A DNA stretch of 63,943 bases, counting the filler, from Collodictyon triciliatum (taxonomy: Eukaryota), in assembly GCA_043381765.1 (NCBI GenBank). It is 9 parts of 9 records of this genome, joined end to end, with 100 filler letters (N's around TTAATTAATTAA, not from the genome) between each part and the next. Parts side by side here need not be neighbours in the genome. Positions count along the whole stretch, not along the records: positions 41,334 to 49,470 come from JBHJMP010003573.1; positions 49,571 to 57,680 come from JBHJMP010003574.1; positions 57,781 to 62,169 come from JBHJMP010003627.1; positions 62,270 to 63,943 come from JBHJMP010003680.1; 5 more parts are not named here. The stretch is one strand, 5' to 3'. The position numbers were made by a program, and so were the translations under genes. Shown piece after piece: positions 49,146 to 63,943 of the stretch (position 1 is the first letter of the stretch; every line of letters begins with the position of its first letter). The notes below the pieces were generated by a model that was given only the letters and a program-made list of their open reading frames with translations, had not been told where the DNA came from and searched no databases.

Positions 49146-49570
49146 TTTCGAGGCTATTTATTATTTCAAATAAAGGAATGTGCCAAGTCTGAAATCCAAA
49201 AAGAAAAATGTCACGAGGATAAGCTGTTAAAACGACTTCAAACAATTTCTCATAATGTATGGTAGGACAGAGCCAAGTTCTTGTTCTTGTTTCATTTTTT
49301 AAGTTTATTTTCTATGTCTTTTTTTATGTTTTTTTATGTTTTTTATGTTTTTTATGTTTTTTATGTTTTTTTATGTTTTTTTATGTTTTTTTATGTTTTT
49401 TTTTGTTTTTTTATGTTTTTTTATGTTTTTTTTTGTTTTTTTTTTTTTTTTTATGTTTTTTTTTGTTTTTNNNNNNNNNNNNNNNNNNNNNNNNNNNNNN
49501 NNNNNNNNNNNNNNTTAATTAATTAANNNNNNNNNNNNNNNNNNNNNNNNNNNNNNNNNNNNNNNNNNNN

Positions 49571-49655
<85 letters not shown>

Positions 49656-50375
49656 AAAAAAAAAAACAAGAAACAAAAGAAAAAACAAAAAAAGCGCAAT
49701 GATCGGGGTTGTTTGCGATAGCTTTTGCTTTCCAAAGGAAAATTAGAGCCTTTGTGAGACCCGATTTGTGGTTATAGCCGGTGGCCGTACAGATGGTGCG
49801 AAGGTGATTCTTGTGTATTTTGATAGGCTGGAGACTCTGCAAGCCAAGCAGGAAAGAAATAAAAGTAAAATAAAAAAAAAGGGGGAAAAAAAAAAAAGAA
49901 AAATAGGCTCCTGCTGCGAAGGCAGCAAGAAATATAAAAAAGGTGTGGGACTGAACCCTTCTTGGCTGCCAGCAGGAACATCGGCCGGTTGTTAGAATTT
50001 TGATCAACGCCTTGCCCACACATCAGATTTTCCAGGTTAAGTCCAAAGAAATATGAGTCAGCACCCATGAACCAATTAAGGAATATGCCTGTTGCTACTT
50101 CACATGCAGGTGAAATCCTATTCTGTATATAGCAAATCTGGAAAAGAGGCTTTAGACTCGCTTTTAGGATACAAACCACACGCAGCGACCAATGCCACTG
50201 TTAAAATCACGATTGCTAATGTTTTATTATGTGACTGTGAAGTATGACATAAGATATGTATTCACCACAGTGGCAAATACAATAGGCAGGCAAGAAGCCC
50301 GCAACAAAAGTCCACAGCCAGCACACGGGCGAAGGGAAAAAAAAAACAAAAAGTGAAGACATGGGTAAAAGTAGA

Positions 50376-50447
50376 TGCCGTCTCTCGGAATCGAACCGAG
50401 GTTATCACGGCCACAACGTGAAGTACTAACCACTATACTAAGACGGC
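50376..50447 (-). tRNA. tRNA-His (GTG)
   Basis: GCCGTCTTAGTATAGTGGTTAGTACTTCACGTTGTGGCCGTGATAACCTCGGTTCGATTCCGAGAGACGGCA: perfect acceptor stem, GTG anticodon, TTCG loop, T4 run downstream. G-1 is not encoded. Confidence 0.97.
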
Positions 50448-50650
50448 TTCTTGCTTATGTCGAAAAGTTATAGAACTTAAACTACATTTATTGAAAGAAA
50501 TATGTTTCGATCATTGATTTGTTGATCTGGTGTCTTGGCGACTTATTTGCACAGAGAATGCAAGCCGCGTTCGCGATCTGCTCAGCGCCTCGAGCACAGC
50601 CAAACTCGCGACAAAGATGAGCGACGTGTTCTAGTTACTGCGCTAATTCC

Positions 50651-50739
<89 letters not shown>

Positions 50740-50814
50740 CATCATTATTTTTCGGTTATCGTTTTTTCCTCCTTCTTGTTGGTATCACAAGAGCTTCGCC
50801 ACGCAGAGAGAGCA

Positions 50815-53997
<3,183 letters not shown>

Positions 53998-54207
53998 GAG
54001 CCACACAACCACACAGAAGAAAACAGAAAATATGGAGGTGAGTGGCCACCATAAAAATTGCATGCCTGTCATCATTGCAGTCGCCTATAGATATTAAAGA
54101 AGAAAGGGATGCAATTCAACCCATTCACTGGAATCTTGTTGCTCTACGCTGCGGTACAACCACTATGGCTAAGTATACACGCAGAGAAAAGGTGACATAA
54201 CAAGAGG

Positions 54208-54504
<297 letters not shown>

Positions 54505-54617
54505 TATCCGGCTGGCACTCCAAGAACTGAGGCTCTTTGGCTGGGTGTGTTTTATTCCGTGCAGAGCGGGAGCAGAACCTCGACAAACCAGACTGGGCTT
54601 TTGGGCAGCACAGTCGC

Positions 54618-55854
54618 CTACATCCTGGAGTGCGGCGCCTGCTCGTCGGGCACTTGGATTACGCTCCCTCTTGCGTAGTCGCAGATATCTTTGCCGCCAA
54701 TTCCGTACTCCATCAGAATCTCCACGGTGTGCTCCCCAACCTTTTATGAAAACTTGGGTTTACGGTGTTCTGCTAGTCATGTGACATTCCGGTTGTGATT
54801 GTCTTGTTTTATGCGGGGTATCGACCGATAGTAATATATTGGCATGAAGGAAGAAGATGATGATGAAAAGATAAAGAAAAAAATAATGAAGGAGCCGAAA
54901 TGAAATAATAAGCGGCTCACATCATGCAGAGGTAATGATATATATTGAAAGAAAGAATTGGCAATAAAGCTTCATAGATGTATGTATTAGAAACCACTAT
55001 GGTTATGGGCAAGGAAAAAGAGGTGGGACTTTCGCAAGAATACCTTGGGATGCGGCCTCGGGGTGGATACGCCGGGTGTCCGAGACAGTCGAGGCGCGGG
55101 TGTGGGTTCGTACTCGCCTTCGCTGCCTTTGAACATGAGTCCTCGAGCAGCGTTGTGCGGATGTTCCATAATCTTGGAGTTGCGTAGGTTTTATAGTTAT
55201 TGTCAAGAATTGAATTCGTGTGAGGTCGATCGATGGCTTTTGTAAACTTGTTGTTTGGTGGTATTCATATTTGAATCACTCGGGAGAGAAACGTAGCAAA
55301 TTGGGAGTACACCACGCAAAACCATTTTTCTTTCATTTATGAAGCATCCTGATGTCTTTTGGTTATTATTAATATGATTCTTTCTTTCTTTCTTTCTAAT
55401 TATTTTCTAACCTCAGACATGCTCAAAATCGGAACCACACAACCATCTGTCCCATCAAAAATTATGCTCCATTCGTCTCTGGTTTTTGTCGCGAATCTCT
55501 CAGCAAACTTTTTCTTCATAGCTGGCCAATCATCTTGGGACATTTGAGGCGGTAGAGTATCTGCATCAAAACCAAGTCCTTCTAATAAAATCTGTAGGGG
55601 AGTCACGAATCATATTTTGGATACAAATTAAGAGCAGCTGAAAATGATACCAAAAAAATGTATTAAGAAAGTGTGTATGTTAAGATATATATCGTACAAA
55701 TGTATTAATTTAAGTCAATAAAACTAGCAGACAAGATTAAGCCAAGACTTGTGTGTATTTTGGAATATACTTTGTAGAATTGTGGCTCGATAGCGCCAAC
55801 TGACATATATTTCCCGTCCTTTGTACGATATGTCTCATAGAAATGGGCACCGCT

Positions 55855-55922
<68 letters not shown>

Positions 55923-57522
55923 TCTTCGTTACTCAAATATTTGTAGAACGCCCGTAATTGCAATATATTCAATATATATATATATATACATACAAGTGAT
56001 TGAGGAGCAATATTGCTGTAGATATGTTTGGCTACCTATCTAACAAATTGGTTCCCTTGTCATCAGACCACATTCCACTTTGATTCGCCTTGAATATGAA
56101 TGACATTAGGTAGGTCGCTCCATCAACCATAGCCGCATCCACCACCTTATATATTCACATAAGCGCTGAGTATATTGTTCAGTACAACATGATGTGTTTT
56201 ACGTCATAATATATGTATAACTTACTTGTCCACGTCCTGATTTGCTTCGGTCGAACAAAGCTAACAGGATTCCCATCGCACAAAGCATCCCTCCTCCAGC
56301 AAAATCGCCGATAATGTTTCCAGCAAAGATTGGGTTCTCATCTTTTCTTCCAGTCATCTGTTAGATTTTAAAAAAAAATGAAAAAATAAAAAAATGAAAA
56401 AATGAAAAAATGAAAAAATGAAAAAATGAAAAAATGAAAAAATGAAAAAATGAAAAAATGAAAAGTGAAAAATGAAAAGAAAAAGAAAAAGAAAAAGAAA
56501 AGGAAAAAGAAAAAGAAAAAGAAAAAGAAAAAGAAAAAGAAAAAGAAAAAGGAAAAAGAAAAAAGAAAAAAGAAAAAAGAAAAAAGAGAAGAGAAGAGAA
56601 GACAAAAGAAAAGAGAAAATGCAACGGGAGTTTACGATAAGAAAGAGGGTGATAAGCATGACTATGCTATATATATAAATTGAGCAATATACTCCATTTA
56701 CATTATTGACATAGTAATATTAATTTCATATTGCGTTGGAGTCGTTAACTTTTTGTGTATACAACTATTCTAATAGCTAAGCATCGCTAGGCACCACTAT
56801 TTGTGGTGTATATATTTCATTTGATTACCGAGAGAGCTCCTGTCATCGCGATATAATTGATGTCATGACCTGCCATCTTGGCGTATGGTCCTGTATATGA
56901 TCAAAATGTGCGTATAATGAGAATGTATAACTTAACAATAAACATGTTTGATGCTACTCAAGCAGAATAGCCTCATGGGAATTCATACGTCGTCATCCAT
57001 ACGAGCATTTGATTTATTTGAAAAAAATATTTTGAAATAGCTAATTGAGTCAAGAAAAAAAAAAGGAAGGGAAAGCAACAAATATTTGCTATTGACAAGG
57101 TGAAAAAAAGAGAGGGGAAAAAGAAAAGGAAAGAAAAATATGCACATCCGCAAATGATACAATCTACCTGTTTGACCAAATCCTGTCAAACGAGCGTAGA
57201 TGAGTCGAGGGTTGTGGTTGCACAATATTTCAGGTCCCAAGCCCATCTTTTCCATTACACCTAATGATTACGTAACCCATTATGAATGTCATCATTCTTT
57301 TTATATGCATTTCGCAGCTGGTATGTTTCCATACATATGATAATCATTCTAGAGAGCAAAGTATCGATTGGTTGGCGAAAATATAAGCCAAAGTCAAGAA
57401 TTATGACCTGGTCGAAATGGTTCAATGAGGACATCTGCTCGCTCGACGAGCCGCATCAGTAACTGACGACCCTCCTCAGCTTTCAAATTGATGGCAATAG
57501 ATCTTTTCCCACGAGAAAGCCT
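54618..57522 (-). CDS. AMACR: Alpha-methylacyl-CoA racemase (CaiB/BaiF family), 5' truncated, peroxisomal PTS1
   Basis: [88 protein letters not shown] and VGEHTVEIL. Ends PHSRM*. Confidence 0.95.
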
Positions 57523-57780
57523 TCCAGTAACAGGGCAAGGACAAAATTAGAAAGGAAAAGTAACACTGAGATACTAGGAGGAAGAAGAAAAAGAAGAAAA
57601 AGAAGAAAAAGAAGAAAAAGAAGAAAAAGAAGAAAAAGAAGAAAAAGAAGAAAAAGAAGAAAAAGAAGAAAAAGAAGAAANNNNNNNNNNNNNNNNNNNN
57701 NNNNNNNNNNNNNNNNNNNNNNNNTTAATTAATTAANNNNNNNNNNNNNNNNNNNNNNNNNNNNNNNNNNNNNNNNNNNN

Positions 57781-57881
<101 letters not shown>

Positions 57882-58389
57882 CTCAAAAATGCCTGCTTTT
57901 TTGGCGTTGTGAGTTGCGTGGGTATGAGGAAAGGTGGTATTGTCGTGAAAAGGCATAGGTATTCTGACGTCCCTTTTCCTTTTTCTTTTTTTTTTTTTTA
58001 AGAAAGCTGTATTGTGAACTGAATACGGAAAAAAAAAAGACAGATAAACTGCACACCATACGACTGGAAAATGATATTTTTTGAGACAAGGTATTAATCC
58101 AAGGCTATGTGATATACTATAGATACTTCTACCACTGGCAGTGCATGTCCCTAGAATGCCTGACATTGGGTTTGCTTTGCTCATTCATTTTTTCGTCTGT
58201 GTCAAATAAGCTGAAATGAAACCGGAAAAAAATTCATTTTTTGTCCATCTTTTTATTATTGTAGACTCTTCTTTTCTTCTTTTCTTTTTTGTGCGAATAT
58301 ACCCATGATGGTGATTCTTGCAGGAAAGATGAACTCAGAAACTTCATATGACGGGGAAGTCAACGAAGTCCAATTTTTTGTAAGTTTTT

Positions 58390-58846
58390 TTAGCGGCGCT
58401 TCTGGTTTGACTCGTGTTCATCGTGCATTTTGAGAGACCTGCATAAGATACGAAAGCATGACAGAATGAGAGTGTGGTAAAATTAGAAGGCATAAATAAA
58501 ATTCAGAATCTAAAAAAAAAAAAATCAATTATTGAACACACTATTCTTTATTGGCTTCGAATGTGTTATGATTTTGTCAACATGTGACAAGTTTAAGAAC
58601 GGCACATTGTGAATAACTCACTTTTTCCCTCTGAGCTTGTCTTGTAGGTCTCGTCCTGGTGCGTCCATCCCGTAGGTTTGATATGATTTATATGTTCCTT
58701 GTTCATCATTTTGTTGGGTGCCCTTCTGCAATGTTGTTTTATTTATTAATTTACCTTTTCTTCTGCTATTTTGGTTTAATTTAATCTATTTAGTTGATAT
58801 GTTTTTTTTTTTTTTTTTTTTGTTTTTGATTTTTTCCCTTTTTTTT

Positions 58847-58887
<41 letters not shown>

Positions 58888-60302
58888 AGATTTCGATATT
58901 TCCCCATTCTTGGGACGACGTGTTCTGTGTTACATTTTTGACTAATTGCATTTGTACACGGTCAACCATTAAATTATTTTGTGTAATGTATGCATCCTGT
59001 GATAAATTTAAATTGCTAGAAACAAATACACTTTGGGCCTTAGACTTGTTCTCCTCTAATTGCCTCTCAATATCGGTCTTTTGAGTAGAATTTTCTTCAA
59101 CAGACTTTTGTGCTTTTTGCATATTATGCTCAAACCCTTGAATCACGGAGTTGATTTGATTCGACCTTGCAAGAGCAATAATGATTTCAAGAGTAATGAA
59201 TTTTCCGACTCATGCAACATCACAGGCAAGGTAGCCGCCCTTGATTCAAAGCGCATAAAATGAAAATATATTCACAAACCAGGCTTGAAAATGATCAAAC
59301 ATAGTCTGAACATCATTCGGCAAAACTAGGTCTCGGCCCATCACACAGTCTACCTCAAATACTTCTTCCTTCTGATTAAACTTGCCTTTGACCATCCCCT
59401 TTTAGAAGCACATCAGAAGGGATTTTAAAAATATCTCGACTCAAGGAAGAGACAGGGCTGCCCAAACACCCTAAACATTTTCGCTGTAGTCTTAACATAA
59501 ACAACAATAGCTTTTAAAAAAAAACCTCTGACATTGCTGATATAATCAGATCTTCTAGCTCTCGTGTGTTATCGACCAACAGAGTTCTCTTCAAATCGCC
59601 ATATGGTATCGCCTTTGTATGAACGTTTTTTTAAAATAATAATAATAATTTAAAAAAAACCCCACCACTGACATTAAAATGCGATGATAGACACGATCCA
59701 TTAAAATGCTTCTGGAAAAAATAATAATATAACAGGGAATATTGTACCTTCTGTTGCATACAGGAGGAGACAATAGTCAGATATTTCAGCTTCACGACTT
59801 GGTCAGCATTCAACTCAGGCACAGCCCACTTCTTCCCTGCAGTTAAATCAGAATTATGGTTTGTACCGTCTACATACAAAAATATATAAAATAAAGACAC
59901 ACCTATGTAATCCTGAAAAGTGCCAAATGCAAAAAGTTTCAGCAAATTGTAATACACTTTAGATTCCTCTGACTCGGTTAACTACAAAAGAAAAAAGCAA
60001 TTATATTTTATTCCCTTTGAATTAAATATTTTACGTCCAATACGCTTCTTGAAGCGTGCTTTTTGAATCAAAGCAAAGTTAACACAACTTCTGGCAGGTG
60101 TATTAAGTTGATGAATAAACACGCAAACAGACGAAAAGAAACTGTATAAAATTAGCTTACCAAAATATTTGAAGAAGTAAAGGAAAAGTAAAGAATGCGA
60201 TTGGAAAAAAGAAAAAAAAGGAAGGGAAAGAGAAATATTTTTTTTCCTTTATTCGATTCAAAGAAGGGAAAGAGAAATATAAAAAAGCTAAAATTCATAA
60301 AG

Positions 60303-60389
<87 letters not shown>

Positions 60390-60734
60390 ACATAAAGGTA
60401 TAAAGGGATATAGAGTGTAAAAGTTAAAAAAAGGTAAAAATGTAAAAAGTTAAAAAGTTAAAAAGGTAAAAAGTTAAAAAGTTAAAAAGGCAAAAAGGCA
60501 AAAAGGCAAAAAGTTAAAAAGTTAAAAAGTTAAAAAGGTAAAAGGTAAAAGGTAAAAGGAAACCTGCAAAATCGACGGCTTCTCAAGCAACTCGCCAAAC
60601 ACATATACATGCGGCGCACTGGTCACCCGAACAACGACATCAGCCGCAGCATTTTTTCCCCGCGCCAAGTCTGCCAAAGTCAAGTATGTTTGCAACGCCG
60701 ATCCACGCGAAGCCGCGAAGCAGTTTTGAGACAT
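58390..60734 (-). CDS. CSN7: COP9 signalosome subunit 7 (PCI domain)
   Basis: APHVYVFGELLE, YNLLKLFAFGTFQDY, PELNADQVVKLKYLTIVS, IPYGDL..L.VDNTRELEDLII and VKGKFNQK...GRD. Confidence 0.88.
60221..60280 (-). mobile_element. Tiny retroposed insertion with 18-bp TSD in CSN7 intron 1
   Basis: GAAGGGAAAGAGAAATAT flanks the reverse complement of TTTGAATCGAATAAAGGAAAAAAA. Confidence 0.78.
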
Positions 60735-61219
60735 GGAGAAGATCGAAAGATCCGGCGTTTGGATCTTTTAAAGGGTAAAACAGGAGTGTGGGAGGAAAGA
60801 AAGAGGAAGAAAGAGTGGGGGCTTGAAGCAACCGGTCTGCCTGCTTTGTTGGCCTCGCGCTTCTTTGGTTGGAGAAATAGAAGTGATGATCACAAGCAAT
60901 CAGGCTGTCTCCCGTTTTTCTGCGTGGGTTTCTCCTTCGATCAATGACCAACTACAATTATGGAAAATATTAAATCTGTCATTAAAATTCGTCAATGCCG
61001 AACAATTTGTGGTAAATATGTTAAAAAATTATGTTGTGATGTAACTTCTGCTATGCGTGTATTAATCAGGTGCCGTGTCTTGCCGAATGCCTTGCTCTGC
61101 TGTTTCTAAATCTCACGTCACGAAGTCTTTGCAAGAAGCCGAATTTTTTATTTTTATTTTTATTATTAGGTAGGCAATCGGCAAAGGAGAATCCTGCGTC
61201 TTCACGATTCATCCTCATC

Positions 61220-62005
61220 ATTTAGCTTCAGTCCACCAAGCGGAGTCAGGTGTAGACTTGTTGTTGTGAGCACTTTGACCGCAATGGCCGCAGGCGCGAT
61301 TGGCGTCTATCGGCGTGTGGTATATAATCACAAGGGTTAGCTGGCTCTGTATTGCATACTGGAATCATGCTAGATGACTGTGAAAATTTCTTCTATTTTC
61401 AACCGCATCTCATTTTTTCTCCAAAAAAAAAAAGAAGTGCTGATAATCAGTTACCATTTTAAGGTTGATCCAAAAAAATACATGCAATCATCTAGAATTT
61501 ATGTTTTACAGTATCGGGTGAAATCACAGCCTCGCCATCATAGAAGCCCTGGTTGGAATCAAAGTCGGCTTCAGGTTCAAGTGGTTCTTGCTTGCGCCGA
61601 GTAGATTCCATGGGATTAATCCGGGTGTCTTCGAGCTCTGCTAGACGGGCTTCAAGCTCTTTGATTTTATCGGCCATGTCAGCGACACGCATTTGAACGT
61701 TGTCCTGAATCTGATGAAACCACCTCAGTCAATTGATTTTATATAAAAGCGATGATATGGTTGACCAGCTGCTTCTTTATTGCGCAGAGTGAAACTTAGA
61801 AAGAGGTGACACAGAATGAGTAGGATGTATCTTTTTATGTTATGAAACCTGGGTGTGTATGCATAGTTCAAGAATATTAAATATATATATATATATAAAG
61901 TGTAAATACCGCCAAGCGATGGTTTTTCATGAAGATTGACGCCCACGGAATCAGATAGCGAACTGAGCAGTTCGGAAAGAGTACACTGTTGGAATGATAG
62001 TGCCT
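61220..62005 (-). CDS. 3' part of an unknown coiled-coil protein gene (truncated by spacer; last exon uncertain)
   Basis: Exon-like blocks ALSFQQCTLSELLSSLSDSVG and MRVADMADKIKELEARLAELED with GT-AG boundaries. Confidence 0.5.
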
Positions 62006-62530
62006 AAGGCAAAATGTAATTCACGGTTGTCAGTTCAGTGTATAATCCTTGACGAGCATCGGCTATCAAAATAGAGGGGGGGGGGGGGGGGGGGTTTGGT
62101 GGTTTTTTTTTTTTTTTTTCTACAAAATAGAAATTTTTAAAAATTTTGTTGTTTTTTTTTTTTATTCCCNNNNNNNNNNNNNNNNNNNNNNNNNNNNNNN
62201 NNNNNNNNNNNNNTTAATTAATTAANNNNNNNNNNNNNNNNNNNNNNNNNNNNNNNNNNNNNNNNNNNNAAAAAAAAAAAAAAAAAGCAAGGAAAAAAGG
62301 CATTTAAGTTGTCCAGTTCGACCGACGAAAAAAAATATGCTGCCACGCTCGTTCGGCTCTTCGCAATCGCTGGTTAAAAAAAGAGAACCTTCTGCAGGGC
62401 TGCCAAAGGTTTGCTCCATATTCAACTGAGATCCCGGCGTTGTTTCTCGCAACAAAAAGTATTGACCAAACATTATATTGATTTCTTGTTTGCGTTCTTT
62501 TTTTTTATCTTTTCTTTTTTTGTTCTTACT

Positions 62531-62605
<75 letters not shown>

Positions 62606-62673
62606 TTTTTTCCTGAGAAATAAAAATCATATATAAACATCAAAGGTATTATGTGGTTTCTTGAATAAACAAG

Positions 62674-63736
62674 GGCAGCTTTTCTCCAAAGTTCGCTGGT
62701 GTATTTTGAGAGGAAAGATACTGTTTGTGTTCAAGAGTGCATACGTAAGTTTTTTTCCGTTCAATTTCATTTTCTCTCTTTCACGTTATAAAATACAGCC
62801 GATTGTATCGCAACACAGTCATTTCTACACTTTATTTCTTTCTTTCTTTTGATGATTTCTTTTTCACCGGTCTAACATCTCTCTTCTTTTTTTTAATACT
62901 TTCTCATACATTCAAACAACTTAATCAGTATCGCTTTATTTTCATTTTTTTTATAAAAAAATGCATTCGAAATAATGAAAATTGCACCTATAAATGATGA
63001 CTCGTAGGATAAGCAGCCCTCTGAAACGATAGACACGTCCATGTGCTCTTTTGAAGCCTTGGAGAGGCAAACCGGTCAGTTCATGTTTTCCCTTCGTCCT
63101 CTCTTTGACCCCGGGAGGATACATCTGTTTCAGGTTCATGCGCTTGTTTATCCGTTTCACACTGTTGTTTGCGTGTGTTATGTGCAATCATCGTACCTGT
63201 TCATTTGCCAAAAATAGGTTACATTTGTCAACAAAACTATTGACAGGTCTCTTTAGAGGAGAGGTATGAGGTGTGGTGTGGCGCACTCACGTCAATTTCA
63301 AAGCCGCCAAACTCAACTATGAGTCTTGGAGAAGAAACCAAGTTATGGAGCTTTTTGAGTCAATCGCAAACATTTGTATTCTTTACGCCCGATTCAGTAG
63401 ATCCGCTTCCTCAAAACAGATGGGATATTTCTATTTTGTTGGAGACATCTAAAAAACAAGGACTGCTGATAGCTAGTGTAGCTCTTCAAATATGTTTTTA
63501 TATTACCCCTTCTTAGTACAAATATGAAAATATCGTAGTTATGTTATATATCATATATTTCTTTGAATCGTCCCCCCTTTTTTTTTTTCAGACACGCACA
63601 CACTTCCTTGGTTACTTCATAACTATATTGTAAAAGAAATACCTCTCTTTCATAGGGTAGAAATGTTATAAAACATTGGAAACCTCGATGGGTCGCCATC
63701 AATGGAATTTACTTGATGCAGCTAAAGAATGCAAAG
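62674..63736 (+). CDS. Tandem PH-domain protein (partial)
   Basis: KVRWCILRGKILFVFKSAY-DKQPSETID...EERYEVWCGAL, then a second PH start KKQGLLI...GRNVIKHWKPRWVAINGIYL. Confidence 0.7.
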
Positions 63737-63943
63737 GCAAGAACCTGCTTATGATTTATTGGAGCCTCGATTCTTTTTTAAATGTTTCTCCTTTTCTTTT
63801 GACGCAACTCTTTCACGATCAACTGAAAACCCTCTTTCATATCATGATGTAAACCAAGCAGAACCTGGGGCGCAAAAAAAAAAAAAAAAAAAAAAAAATA
63901 AAAATTTATTTTCAAAAAAAATCTAACATTATTTATTTTTTAA

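Noticed and set aside
60420-60556. 7-bp AAAAGTT/AAAAGGT repeats resembling a telomere or CRISPR array
   Set aside because: Degenerate simple repeat inside CSN7 intron 1, with no spacers and not terminal.

Overview
Eukaryotic, AT-rich, intron-dense genomic DNA using the standard code and GT-AG introns. It is most consistent with a flagellate-capable amoebozoan protist, inferred from a SibA-like adhesin, an Acanthamoeba-type kinase-cyclase-kinase and centriolar FOR20. The window is not contiguous: nine contigs (most about 8.1-8.2 kb) are joined by artificial 100-bp N-TTAATTAATTAA-N spacers, so gene neighbourhood across spacers is meaningless. Genes reconstructed by manual splicing: a dual TKL kinase with a degenerate class III cyclase domain; a four-repeat Kv-type K+ channel; a C2H2 zinc-finger protein; a dCache membrane sensor; an HMG-box protein; ubinuclein/HPC2; a frameshifted multi-TM protein; VAMP7; an OPT transporter; a SibA-like adhesin; FOR20; tRNA-His; BROX; AMACR; CSN7; and a tandem-PH protein. 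There are also probable LINE relics and many microsatellites. The two standout observations are (1) a single spliced ORF encoding at least four concatenated 6-TM Shaker-like K+ channel repeats, each with an intact TTVGYGD filter, and (2) a family of 24-44 bp poly(A)-tailed intronic insertions with clear target-site duplications.
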